A DNA stretch of 64,000 nt from IMG/VR virus record IMGVR_UViG_3300021440_000022, positions 382-64,381 of that record. One strand, given 5' to 3'. The notes under the pieces are model-generated. The model was not told the DNA's origin. It searched no databases and worked only from the letters and a program-made list of their open reading frames with translations. Of this stretch, positions 28,980-39,199 are shown piece by piece. A program made the translations under genes and the position numbers. Position 1 is the stretch's first letter. The number at the start of each line of letters is the position of its first letter. The DNA is from a virus (Duplodnaviria > Caudoviricetes).

Positions 28980-29342
28980 TCAGCCGGCTGTGACGTAGAT
29001 CGACTGTGGGGCGTAGTACGTGCGCGCCGGGTCGTCGGGGACCTCGGCCAGTTGCGCCTCGTGCGTCACCAGCAGGCCAAGCGGCGCCCCGGTGTCGTCC
29101 AGCGCCTGCACCTCCACGTGCAGGCCGCCGCCTGACTGCACGTCATCGAACGCCACGGTGTAGGCCAGGTTGCCGCCGCCATCGACCTCCGGGGCTCCGC
29201 CAGACGTGATGAATGCCTCCTGCAGGTCACCTGACGCCTCTTCGGTGATGGTGACACGGGTTGACCCGTAGTCCCGCCGGTCTGGCTGGATCGTCAGCGG
29301 CGTGACGCCGATGTGCACTTGAACGGGAATTCTTGCTGCCAT
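28980..29342 (-). CDS. Beta-sandwich-like hypothetical protein
   Basis: AGGAG RBS; 120-aa beta-rich ORF. Confidence 0.55.
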   Translation of the reverse strand: MAARIPVQVHIGVTPLTIQPDRRDYGSTRVTITEEASGDLQEAFITSGGAPEVDGGGNLAYTVAFDDVQSGGGLHVEVQALDDTGAPLGLLVTHEAQLAEVPDDPARTYYAPQSIYVTAG

Positions 29343-29908
29343 GCATGGCTCCTGCTGTGTGACCGGATGCCCTCCGGCTGGGGTGGCCTGGCGCGCGCCC
29401 GGCCGATGAACTGTCACGGTTGCCCGCTTTGCATGAACACGTCGCGCCACTTTGCACCCGCTGGCAGTAGCCTGCGCCACCACCCCGCCGGCCTGGCCGC
29501 GATGGCCGCCTCAAGGTCAGCCAGCAGCCGCTCGGCTGTCGGGTGAACTATGGGCCGCACAGGCAGGCACCACAGAGCGGCGTGCTCGCGCACGTCTTTG
29601 CGCCACGCGTCGTAGGCGTGGCGCGGCTTCTCAACGTGACCAAGATCGGCCCCCAGCCACGGCGGGGCCGGCACAGGCGCGCCCACGGGCACAGGCGCCT
29701 CGCCCAGCCGGCTCACGCGATGGCCTCCATGGCCAGGCGCACCTGGTCGGCCGGCGCTTCCGCGCCCAGGGCCAGCACCAGCGCCGGCGCCCGGCCCGTG
29801 CGCTGGGCGTGCTCGCGCACGCTGCGCTCGATCACTTCCACCAGCTCGCGGTCAGCTGGGTGGGCGTCGCGGATGTGCACGTCCATGCGCACGCCCAGGC
29901 GGCGCAGG

Positions 29909-30619
29909 TCAGTACGGTGTTGCGTCTGCATCGGGTACCTCCTCAATCTCCGGCGGTTCCAGCTGTGGCGGCGCATCCGGGTCGCCGCGCCCGGTGTAGT
30001 CCTTGATGACGGCCAGCGGTGGCCCGTCGCCCACGATCGTGTTCAGGCCCCATGCCTCGCGCTCCAGCGTGACAGCCGTCTTCAACGCGCCCAGCAGTAC
30101 GTCAGCCGTCTTCGCGCGGCCCGGCAGGTCCATCACCACCTGCGCCACCTGGCGCAGCAGCACGTCGGGCACCTCATCGCCCAGTGCCAGCAGCATGTGC
30201 ACCTTCGCCAGCATTTCCGGCTCGTGTGTCACAGCGGCCATCTCCTGCATCAGCGCCTGCACGATCCCGCGCGCGTGGGCGATGTCACGCCGATGCGCCA
30301 GCCGCACCTGCATCAGCGCTTCAGCGCCCGCTTCAACCACGGCCTGCTCAGTCGCCGCTCGCGCCGTTTTTTGGCTCGCGTCAACTTGCGCGTTCAGCAC
30401 CGCCTTGTTCACTTTCTCCTCGGCCCTGGCGTTGATGCGCGCGCGCAGGTCACGGGTCCACTTGTGCTTGCGCGCGTGTGACAGAAGGGCGGCGGGCGAG
30501 CACCCGATCTGCTGGGCCATGTCACGCAGGGTGCGGATGCCGGCGCTGTATGCGGCGTGCACGCTCTCGTAGTCGGGCGGATCAAGATCGGCGCGGGTTG
30601 TGAGGGGCTTGCGTGACAT
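29909..30619 (-). CDS. terS: Terminase small subunit
   Basis: PDYESV..AY.AG..TLRDMA..G.S......ARK..W.RDL..RI HTH; LEREAWGL. Confidence 0.85.
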   Translation of the reverse strand: MSRKPLTTRADLDPPDYESVHAAYSAGIRTLRDMAQQIGCSPAALLSHARKHKWTRDLRARINARAEEKVNKAVLNAQVDASQKTARAATEQAVVEAGAEALMQVRLAHRRDIAHARGIVQALMQEMAAVTHEPEMLAKVHMLLALGDEVPDVLLRQVAQVVMDLPGRAKTADVLLGALKTAVTLEREAWGLNTIVGDGPPLAVIKDYTGRGDPDAPPQLEPPEIEEVPDADATPY

Positions 30620-30800
30620 GGGCGCGATTATGGGGCCGTGTCACAAACCGTGCCACCTGGCACCGGCAGGCTGGTGGTGCCGTAACACGTCGTTGCTGTG
30701 ACCAAAACCGCCACGTGGCGGGAACCGCGAGTGACGGTTTGCGTCGTGATTGCGCTTGCAACCTTGCGAAACAGGGTGGCACGGGCTGTGCACCTGTTGA
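30620..30800. promoter_or_regulatory. Divergent control region 1 (late TerS promoter and early small-ORF block) with palindromic operators
   Basis: Minus strand TGGCAC-17-CATAAT-7-ATG; TGCCACCTGGCA at 30651-30662; CGCCACGTGGCG at 30709-30720. Confidence 0.65.
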
Positions 30801-30803
30801 GGC

Positions 30804-33800
30804 ATGAACACACCCACCGTTTACCTGCCGGTGACGCGCGAAGAACTCGCGCGGGCCAGCCGCGCCGAACTGGTTGCGTACCTGGGGGCCTGGTGCTTCC
30901 AGTGCTACGACAGCGAGACCACCGACGAACTGCGTGACGCAGCCCTTGCGAACTACGACACCGAAGGAGCGTGACCATGGACATGCCCGTGCGGCTTGCG
31001 ATCGAGTTCCTGCTGGCCAGCGGCGCCCGGACCGCTGAGCGGCTGGACGCGCTGGTGGAGCACTACGCCAAGGCCTACGGCCTGACGCCCATGCTGGCCG
31101 ACCTGCAGGCCGATGCGCGCAAGCGCGTGGCCGACCGACTGACCGACTGACCCCACGACGAAGGAGCACGCCATGGCAATGTCCAATCAGCTTCGCGGCG
31201 CCGCAGCGCTGGTCTACGCCGACGTCACTGCTGCGATGCAGAACGCTGAGGAACTGGGCGGCCCAGACCATGGCGACTATGTCGCGCTCATGCTGGCCAT
31301 TGCCGCAGAAGCCAACGAACGCGTGCGCTCCTACCGTGCTGCGCACCCAGAAGTCACGACGCCAGCCCCCGCGCTACCCGAGGGCTTCGAGGCGCTGGCC
31401 TTGGCCTTGCGGGACATCGGCAAGTACACCGGTGATGGGCCCAATACGACGCCATGGCGCGAGATCGTGCGCGGCCTTTCTGAGAAGGCGCGCGGCGCCC
31501 TTGCCGCTGCAGGACTTTGAGCGCAGCGGCCTGCCCAGCGGCAGGCCAGTGCGATCACCCAACCGGAGCCCACCATGGCCAAGAGTTTCATTGTTGACGG
31601 ACGCGCGTACACCGAGCAGGAAATGCTTGCAGCCAACGACGAGGCGCCAGACATCTGCGAGTGGATCAAGAACGCGCGCCCCGGCGACACGTGCCCGAAC
31701 GCGATGCTGGACTGCCGCTGCGTGGATGGCGGCCTGTTCAGCGCCGCCGTGGACGGGGCCATCAAGCAGTACGGCGAACAACTGCTGGGGCGGATGGTCG
31801 CCGACGGCGCCCGCGACACCAGCGACGCCGAGATCGAGCGCACGCTGGCCGGCTGCGTGTGTGGGCCCATGCTGGTGGTGCTGGCGAAGGAAATGCGCCG
31901 CCGCGGGCTGCTGGTGCTGGACGGCAAGGCGACCCTGCGCAACGTCCTGGCGCCTCACTGGGTGGCGCTGATCGCCAAGCACGACGCGTGCGTGGTGACC
32001 ACACCCGGCGGCCCGGACCTGCTGAACTGGGCTGCCGACGAGCCCTGCAGCATCGACATCATCAACGCGACAGCCTACGCCGACTCGTTCTGCGCGCAGT
32101 GGCCGGAGCAAGCGGACGCGCTGCGCGAACTGGCGTGCCAGCGTATCGGCGTGCTGGCGTGGGGTTGAGAGCCATGGCCACCACCTACACCACCCCCAAG
32201 GCCGGCGAGCACGTCATCAGCTTCGCCTACCCGGGCAGCGACACCGCCAGCAAGCTCGGGCAGGCTGAGCGCGGGTGCTTCGCCGTCCATCTGGTCGGCG
32301 AGGTGTTTGCCCACGCCACCTACATCGCCTGCGTCGCCCACGTGGCCACGACGGGAACGCGCCCGGGCCGGTGGTCGATGGATCACCCGTGGAACCAGCA
32401 CCTCTATCCCCACCACGACGACGCGCCCGAGGCGCGGGCGTGGCACCAGCGGCTGGCCGACGAGGAGGCGGAGCGCGTCGCCGCAGCGGAGCGCACGCGC
32501 AAGCTGCTGGCCGCCGGGGGTCGCGTGACGATCGCCATGGATCCGACGCCCATGCGCACCGTCGTCACGGAGACGCACCACGACGCCGAAGGCAATGGCG
32601 TGGCCATCCGCAACGCCGGCGAACTCTGGGGGGCCCGGTGATGGCCGGCACCAACAACCACCGGCAGGCGCTGGACGCGCGCACCCAGCAGGAGATCGAT
32701 GCCCACGTGCTGCGCGCGATCTGGTGCAGCATCGAGGCGCACATGCACGACATCGATGGGGAGCCCGCTGCAGCGGCCGACGCCAGCCGCGACGCAGCCG
32801 CGCACGTGCGCTGCGCCATGTTCCTGGCCGGACTGCGCGCGTAGCGCCAAGGAGACCGCCGTGTTCGTGACGTTGATGGGCTTGCGTTGCTGGGTGGGGT
32901 GTGGCCGAGATCTGGTGTGGATCTGCTGGTACGTGGGCTTGCGCTGCCCCAGCAACCTCGTGACGATGTACCTGAGCGGCGAGCACGAGGACTACCTTGC
33001 CGCCGCCATCATGGCCTGCAACCAGTCAGGAGAATGAGCATGAGCACCGGCTACGACAACACCATGGCCTGCCGCGCCACCGTGCGGCTGCTGTTCCGCA
33101 TGCGCCGGCACAGCGGCGCCGCCCGCGCCGAGTGCCAGCGCGCAGCCACGGCCCTGCACCTGCCCTGCCTGATGGCCCTGCGCGGCGTGCTGCGCAGCGT
33201 GATCTGACCACCACCGAAGGACATCCATGAGCACCACCCACACGCCGGCCACGAAGCTGGTGTCAATGAACATGAGCGGCAACCTCCACATGGTCGCTAG
33301 CTACGTCACGCAGTTCGGCCTGTCGGACTTCTTTGTGCAGGCCGAATCCAGCGGCTTCAACAGCACCGTGCTGTTCAAACTTCCCATCGACTGGCCCACC
33401 GACAACCACGGGCCGCTTGCGGCCACACCAAGGAACAGCATGTCCCTCAAGCTCATCAACGGGCCCAGCATCACCAGGCACGTCTACCACAGCAGTTGCG
33501 GACGCGTCCGGCTGGCCCTGACCATTGGCCAGGCCCGCAGCGTCTCGCATGAAGGTGACTGCACGCAAGAGGTGGTCCTGCTGGCCGCCAAGCCCGAGGT
33601 GGCCAGCCAGCTTGCTGAGCTTGACAAGGAGCATGTGCGTGCGGAACTGCTCTATACCGGCCACTGGACCGACGACGATCTGGATTCCGACGCCGACAAC
33701 CTCCTGCGCTTCCTCTGGCTCGCAGCCAACTACATCGCGGAGAGCCCGGACGAAACCATCGATACCGACGGAGACTTCTGACCGAACGCTGTCACGCGGT

Positions 33801-36800
33801 GCGCGGCAGCCGGGCCCAGTGGGCGGGGCGTAAGACCGCATGCGGACACGACACCAGACGGAGACCAACATGGCATTCACGCACTACCAGCGCATCACCA
33901 GACACGCCTCGGGTCGCATCACCCGCGACTGGTGGGAGCCGCTCCAGCGCCAGCAGTCGATCGACGGCGCGATCTGGGGCGAGACCCGCGTCACACACGT
34001 CAGCGATGAAGTCGTGTGGAACGAGGGATTCGCCGAGGCGCTGGGCCGCGTCGAGTACCGCGGAAGCGACGGCCTGGTCACGGACCTGGGCGAGGTGTTC
34101 CTGCGCACGATCGCGCCGGCGGCGCCCACCTACCCGAGGCCAGACGGCACTGGCGGCGCCCGCGTCACGCTGCGGGCCCTGGGCTGCGTGGACTGGCGCC
34201 ACATCACCGGGCCCGTCTGCGGGCTGTCGGTGGACACCATGATCGGCTCCTGCTGCCTTGATGCCCCCGACGACATACCCGCCGGCTCCACCGTGCCCGG
34301 CCTGGCAGGCCGCGCCATCACCAGCTACTCCACCACCACCCAGAGGGAATGATGAACACGCCCGCGTACAAGAAGACAGTCACGCTCAGGAAGAGCACCA
34401 CCACGCGCACCGCAATCGAGCTGACTGAGGAAGAGGCGGCGGAAGTCCTGCGTCGGCACTTCGAGCTGAGCCCGTCGGCCACGGTGGAGTTCGTGTGCAG
34501 CCGCAGCGAGTTCCTATCGCGCGTCGTGCTCACCGACGTCGCTGTCGTTGAAGACACCGAGGAGACCACAGGTGACGTCTGACCAACTGAGGAAGGCACT
34601 CTCGCACTTCAGCACCAGGCGCCTGCACCTTGACCCATTCGACCACGTCCTTGTGATGGGCGAGCCGATGCGGCAGTTTCCAGTGGACGTGCAGCAGGCC
34701 TGCGCCACGGCACTTGTGTACATCACCGATCTCGAAGTCATCAAGGCCGCTTTCGAGGACCAGCCGCAGGGGCGCGTGTTCATGCAGGCGCTGTCGGAGC
34801 GCAGGGGCCTGTACCAGCAGGTGGACAGTCTGCGCACGCAGGTGAAGCGCCAGGCCCAGCAGATCGACGAGATGAACAATCGCTTGGCGGCTGCACGGGG
34901 CGGATGATGCCAGCGCCAATACCAGGTCCGCTCTGGCACAGCACCGGCGGCACGCGCGCCGTGAACCTAGCCAGGCAGGAATGCCAGTACCCGGCCTATG
35001 GCCTCGGGCGCGATTTCCTGGCCGGCGGCCCCATCGACGCCCCCGACATCATGCCCGCCGGCAGCCGCTGGGCGGTCCCAGACCCTTTCCAGCCCGGCCA
35101 CTACGAGCCGGTGATGACCTACACCTACCGCCCCGGCAGCGAGCCGTGGCCATACGACTGAAAGGACCGACGTGATCCACCGCCTGCTTGATGAAGACGA
35201 CACCCCCTTGGGCGCGCCGCGCCTGCGCGCCGGCAACGACTGCATCGCCAGCGAGGCATGGCCGGCGTTCAGGTTCAAGCCCGCGCCCTACCGCGCCGCT
35301 TACTGGCGCGCCAGCAACCGCAGCTTCGGCGGGATCCTGCTCACCGGGCGCGAACTGCTGGCGGTACCGCCCGGCATCCTCGTGAAGGCGGCCAAGGAGA
35401 ACGCGGCGCGCCTGGGCGTGCTGCTGGGCGGCGGCTCGATCGTCATCATCGGCGCCGACGGCGTGGACGAGCCCGGGACCCGGTGATGGCCAGGTCGAAG
35501 CTGCTGCCGCACTACCGCGTCGAGGTAGCCCGCGCCACCGGAGACTGGCTCACCACGCCCGAGTACGTTGGCGACGTGGACATGGACGAGCACTTGGCCA
35601 CGCCAGACACCGACATCAGCCACTGCGACACCTGCGAACTCGGCGACGGCTGCCTGCCGCAGACCCTGACCACCATAGCCGTCACCATCACCTGGAGAGA
35701 ATGACCGTGGCAACCTACCAGATCCCCAAACGCTACGAGGCGCCGCTGCAGGCGTACGTGACCAGCCACGCGCCGACCTGCCACTTCCTGGCGGCCGTGC
35801 TCACCAACGACCTGGCGCGGGCCTGCCGCGAGGGTCAGCACGACGCCATCGCCAACCTGCCGGCCATCATCGAATGGCTGCACGAGAACGCCCCTGAAAA
35901 GGCCTGGGGCACCGCCGAGCGGGTGGCGGCGTGGATCGCCAGCTACGACGACGGCATCCCGTTCTGAGGCTGACCATGGCCAGCCACCGCCCCGTTCAAC
36001 GCCTGGCGCGCCTGCTGCAGTCCGGGCCGCCACCAGACCGCAGTCCGAACCCGACGCTGGACCTGACCATCGAACTGGCGCGGGTGCGGGCGGCAGCGTG
36101 CGCGATGGCAAATGCTCTGGGCGTGGTTGCCATCTACAGCGCCGACGGGTCCCTGAGACGCATGGCCGAAGACGCACTGGACCTCGCAGTGCAGATGCTG
36201 GACTGACCGATTTCCATGCGCGGCAGCCGCTTTGCTGCCATTTCAACCGACGGAGAGAACCATGACGATCCAAACCGTGATGACACTGAACGTGGGCCAG
36301 CGCAGCTACTTGCGCGCCGCCATAGCCTGCCTGCTGGCCGTCCAGGGAGAAGCGTGCCGCCGCAAGCCGCTCGGCCCGTTGGGCAGCCAAACGGGGACGC
36401 AGTTTTGTGCTGACCTGCGAGACGAGGTGCTGGCCATAGCCACCAAAGACGGCGCCGTGCCGCCGCTGGACCACCAGGACGGGGCCGAGCTGGCGGACCT
36501 GCTCGCATCGTGCGTCGTTGAACTGCGCGTGACCGACACAGAGCACAGCGGCATCACCCCCTTCTACGCCGACGCGCCGGGCAGCTTCACCGACCTCGTC
36601 GGCCCCGACGAAGAGGCTTGGCGCGTGCCGGTGGTGCTGACGGTGGTTGGGAAAGACTCGGACTTGGCCGCCGCTCAGGCTGCGCAGGAGTTCCTGAACC
36701 GGGCCACGGCACACGAGAGCGTGAATGTTGACGAACAGGTGCAGGCGTACGACGTCGGCGGCTACGAGGCGGCTTTCGTGCCGTCGCCCGTGCCATCCAT

Positions 36801-36828
36801 TGCTGACGGGGTATCCCTGCAGGCCTGA
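30804..36828 (+). other. Cluster of ~18 small coupled early ORFs (e.g. 30804-30974, 30977-31150, 31173-31520, 31575-32168, 32174-32641, 33227-33781, 33870-34352, 34349-34582, 35172-35486, 35701-35967, 36262-36828); probable host-takeover/accessory genes
   Basis: Tightly packed same-strand ORFs with GGAG/AAGGA RBS and ATGA overlaps; no recognisable families. Confidence 0.7.
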
Positions 36829-36834
36829 AGAGGA

Positions 36835-36945
36835 GAAGTAGCCCCCCGGCCCTGCGGCTCGGGGGGCAAAGCTGGGCGGCTCGCTCGCGCACCCAGCCGG
36901 AGACAAACGCAAACCGGTGGATCCTCCAACCAACCGACTCGCCGG
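36835..36945 (-). ncRNA. Candidate small structured RNA or bidirectional terminator at the convergence of operons
   Basis: Three adjacent hairpins (CCGG/CCGG, GCTGGG/CCCAGC, GCCCCCCG/CGGGGGGC); TGGCCG-17-TATCAT upstream on the minus strand. Confidence 0.4.
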
Positions 36946-36997
36946 CGCATGATAGCCGCGTCGGTCCGCGTCGGCCACGCCACCCATCCCGCTGGCG

Positions 36998-37201
36998 TCA
37001 GCGCTTCTTCAGCACGGCATTGGCCTTGGCGTCGATCTTCTGCTTCTGCGCCGGCGAGAGGTTGCCGGCGGCCACCTGCTGGGTTGCGCGGGCCTTGGCG
37101 TTGGCGGCGTGGCTGGCGTCGTTCACGGGGTAGCTGCGGCCAGGTCCGGCGAAGGCCTTGTCCGGCAGGGCGTTGCGCGCCTTGGTGGTGAGCTTGGTCA
37201 C
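36998..37201 (-). CDS. Small basic conserved phage protein
   Basis: AAGGAG-GTG; LT..ARNALP..AFAGPGRSYPV.D..HA.NAKARA. Confidence 0.75.
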   Translation of the reverse strand: MTKLTTKARNALPDKAFAGPGRSYPVNDASHAANAKARATQQVAAGNLSPAQKQKIDAKANAVLKKR

Positions 37202-37239
37202 GGTGGGCTCCTTGAGGTGGTTGCGCCGCCGATTATCGA

Positions 37240-37472
37240 GCCCCCCGTTCGGGGGAGCGCGTGGTTTCCCAGAAGGTCAGGCGTGTTGGCCACCAGGGCC
37301 GGCGATGTGGGCGGCTTGACTGCACCGCCCCTTAGAGTGGCCCCCGCTTACGGTGTGCGGGACGTGCGGCGGATCCGGCCCACGTCGCTTCCCCCTACAG
37401 GTGTTCGAGGCGGCCTTTCAGTCCGCATGGCCCTCTAAGCTCGGGCTGGCTCCCTCTCCGCTCCGCTCCAAT
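37240..37472 (-). ncRNA. Candidate multi-branched ncRNA
   Basis: Closing stem CTTAGAG-GGCC/GGCC-A-CTCTAAG encloses internal stems; then GGGCGG/CCGCCC hairpin; TAGACT -10 upstream. Confidence 0.45.
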
Positions 37473-37614
37473 GGGCGCGAGTCTACCTGCTTCCCGGGCA
37501 ATTCTCAGCAGGGCTTCTTGCCGCGCCCCATCGGTTGCTTCGGTTGCTGCGCCGGCTTCTGCTGGGCTGGGGTCTGGGTCGGCTTGGGCTGCTTCTTGCT
37601 CACGAGTCTCTCCT

Positions 37615-38070
37615 TCATGGTTGATGGCCGGCCTTGGCGGCGGCCGGCGGGCCGATAACGGGGTCCAGCTGGAGCTGGAGTATCTCCGCGTAGGCGCGGA
37701 TGCACGCGTGCATATGGTCAACGAAGGCCCTGGTTTCCGGGGTCAAGCCATCATCGACTTGCTCGATTGAGGTTGCGCCGGTATGGGTGTGCGTCGTGAC
37801 GCTGTACCTCGGCATGCTCACGAACCTCACCCTCGTGATGGCACGCAGAAATGGCTCCGTCTCGCGCCGGAAGAGGCGCACACAGGCTGCCGCAAGGGCT
37901 TGCCGAAACACAGTGTCGTCTTGGGCCGGGCTGTTGTGGCAGTCCAGGCCACGGCGCCGACGCAAGTAGCAAATCTCCCGCGCCATCGCCTCCGCCTCCG
38001 CGCGCAGGTGCGGCGCCGACTCCCTGACCAGGCCAAGCAACTGTTCGTTGGTGAGCGTTTCCATGTTCAT
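37615..38070 (-). CDS. Hypothetical protein
   Basis: GAGGAG RBS before MNMETL; ATGA coupling. Confidence 0.6.
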   Translation of the reverse strand: MNMETLTNEQLLGLVRESAPHLRAEAEAMAREICYLRRRRGLDCHNSPAQDDTVFRQALAAACVRLFRRETEPFLRAITRVRFVSMPRYSVTTHTHTGATSIEQVDDGLTPETRAFVDHMHACIRAYAEILQLQLDPVIGPPAAAKAGHQP

Positions 38071-38441
38071 CTCCTCGCGGCCTTGACCGCCTGAATTCGT
38101 AGCCTCAGTTCCACCCGCGCCGCCTCTGTTCCGTACCCAAGGATCCACGCCTCGCGCTCGGCGGCCCCGAGCTGTAGGAGCGTGCGAGCCAGGCACTCCA
38201 GCTGCCATTCCGCGGATCCGCTGTCCACTTGGCGGCCGTCGTGCAGCGTCACCTGGCCGTACAGGCGCGGCGGCTGGGTGATGGTCGGCCCGGCCTGCGC
38301 CACCTGCATGGCCTGCAGTTCCGCGGCCGGCCTGCTAGACGGCGGCTGGGCCTCCACAGGTGCTGATGGTGCCTTCGGCCTGGGCGCGCGGGACCGGCGC
38401 GGAAGTGGCGCTTCTGGCGGATCACCGAACAGGCCGCTCAC
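38067..38441 (-). CDS. Hypothetical protein
   Basis: DGRQVDSGSAEWQLECLAR motif; coupled ORF. Confidence 0.6.
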   Translation of the reverse strand: MSGLFGDPPEAPLPRRSRAPRPKAPSAPVEAQPPSSRPAAELQAMQVAQAGPTITQPPRLYGQVTLHDGRQVDSGSAEWQLECLARTLLQLGAAEREAWILGYGTEAARVELRLRIQAVKAARR

Positions 38442-39199
38442 GCTCCGTACTCCTGCTCAGCCATCTCGCAGAACAAGCCGCATTGCGGCACATCGCCATT
38501 GCGCCTCGCCGGGCCGGGAGGTAGGTCTCTCAGGGGGAAGCGCTCGCCCTTGCGCGGGCCGCTTCGGTAGCGCAGGAACCAAGAACCTGGGCCAAGATCA
38601 TCCTGCACCAGGCAGTTCACCTCGAACACCTCGGGAAAGTCCTCGCGGATCGCGCGCCAGTAGCCCTCGCCACCCTTCACGCAGCCGATGCAGTTCGCGT
38701 TGTCGTAGCCCAGCAGGTACATCACCGGCAGCACGATGCCAGCGCGCTCGACCATCGCCTTGCAGTCCGACTTCGTGAGGCCGGCCTCGACCAGCGGCGC
38801 CAGCACCTGCAGTGCGGGGTTGCGCTCGCGGAAGTCGTCCAGCCGGTCAGCCTCCTCGGACGTGAACCCCAGCACCATCACATCGCCCGGCTGGCGCCAC
38901 GCGTCCATCACGCGCCGCTTCAGCGCGCGCGAGCACGGCGCGCCACGTGGCCCCATCATGAAGCGCTCGCGCCTGAAGACCGTGATCACGTCGGCGCCGT
39001 ACTTCACGTCGCGCAGCATGGTGATGGGCCTGCCGAACCACTCCTCGCAGTCGGTCGCGAAGCGCCGGTTGTCTGGGTGTTCGTTCACCAGGAACGCATT
39101 GATCACCTGCACGTCGGCGTCAACATGCTTGGCCAGCACGAGCTTGGTGGCCACCGCCGAGGCGGCGCCGCAGGAGAACTGGCAGACGATGCGGCTCAT
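38438..39199 (-). CDS. PAPS-reductase-like (adenine nucleotide alpha hydrolase) protein
   Basis: PP-loop FSCGAASAVA, EHPDN.RF, APC..LK, NANCIGCVKGG, CGLFC. Confidence 0.8.
   Translation of the reverse strand: MSRIVCQFSCGAASAVATKLVLAKHVDADVQVINAFLVNEHPDNRRFATDCEEWFGRPITMLRDVKYGADVITVFRRERFMMGPRGAPCSRALKRRVMDAWRQPGDVMVLGFTSEEADRLDDFRERNPALQVLAPLVEAGLTKSDCKAMVERAGIVLPVMYLLGYDNANCIGCVKGGEGYWRAIREDFPEVFEVNCLVQDDLGPGSWFLRYRSGPRKGERFPLRDLPPGPARRNGDVPQCGLFCEMAEQEYGA

Noticed and set aside
37330-37445. tRNA or hammerhead ribozyme
   Set aside because: No TTCRA T-loop cloverleaf with correct spacing; CTGAAAG does not fit the CUGANGA core.
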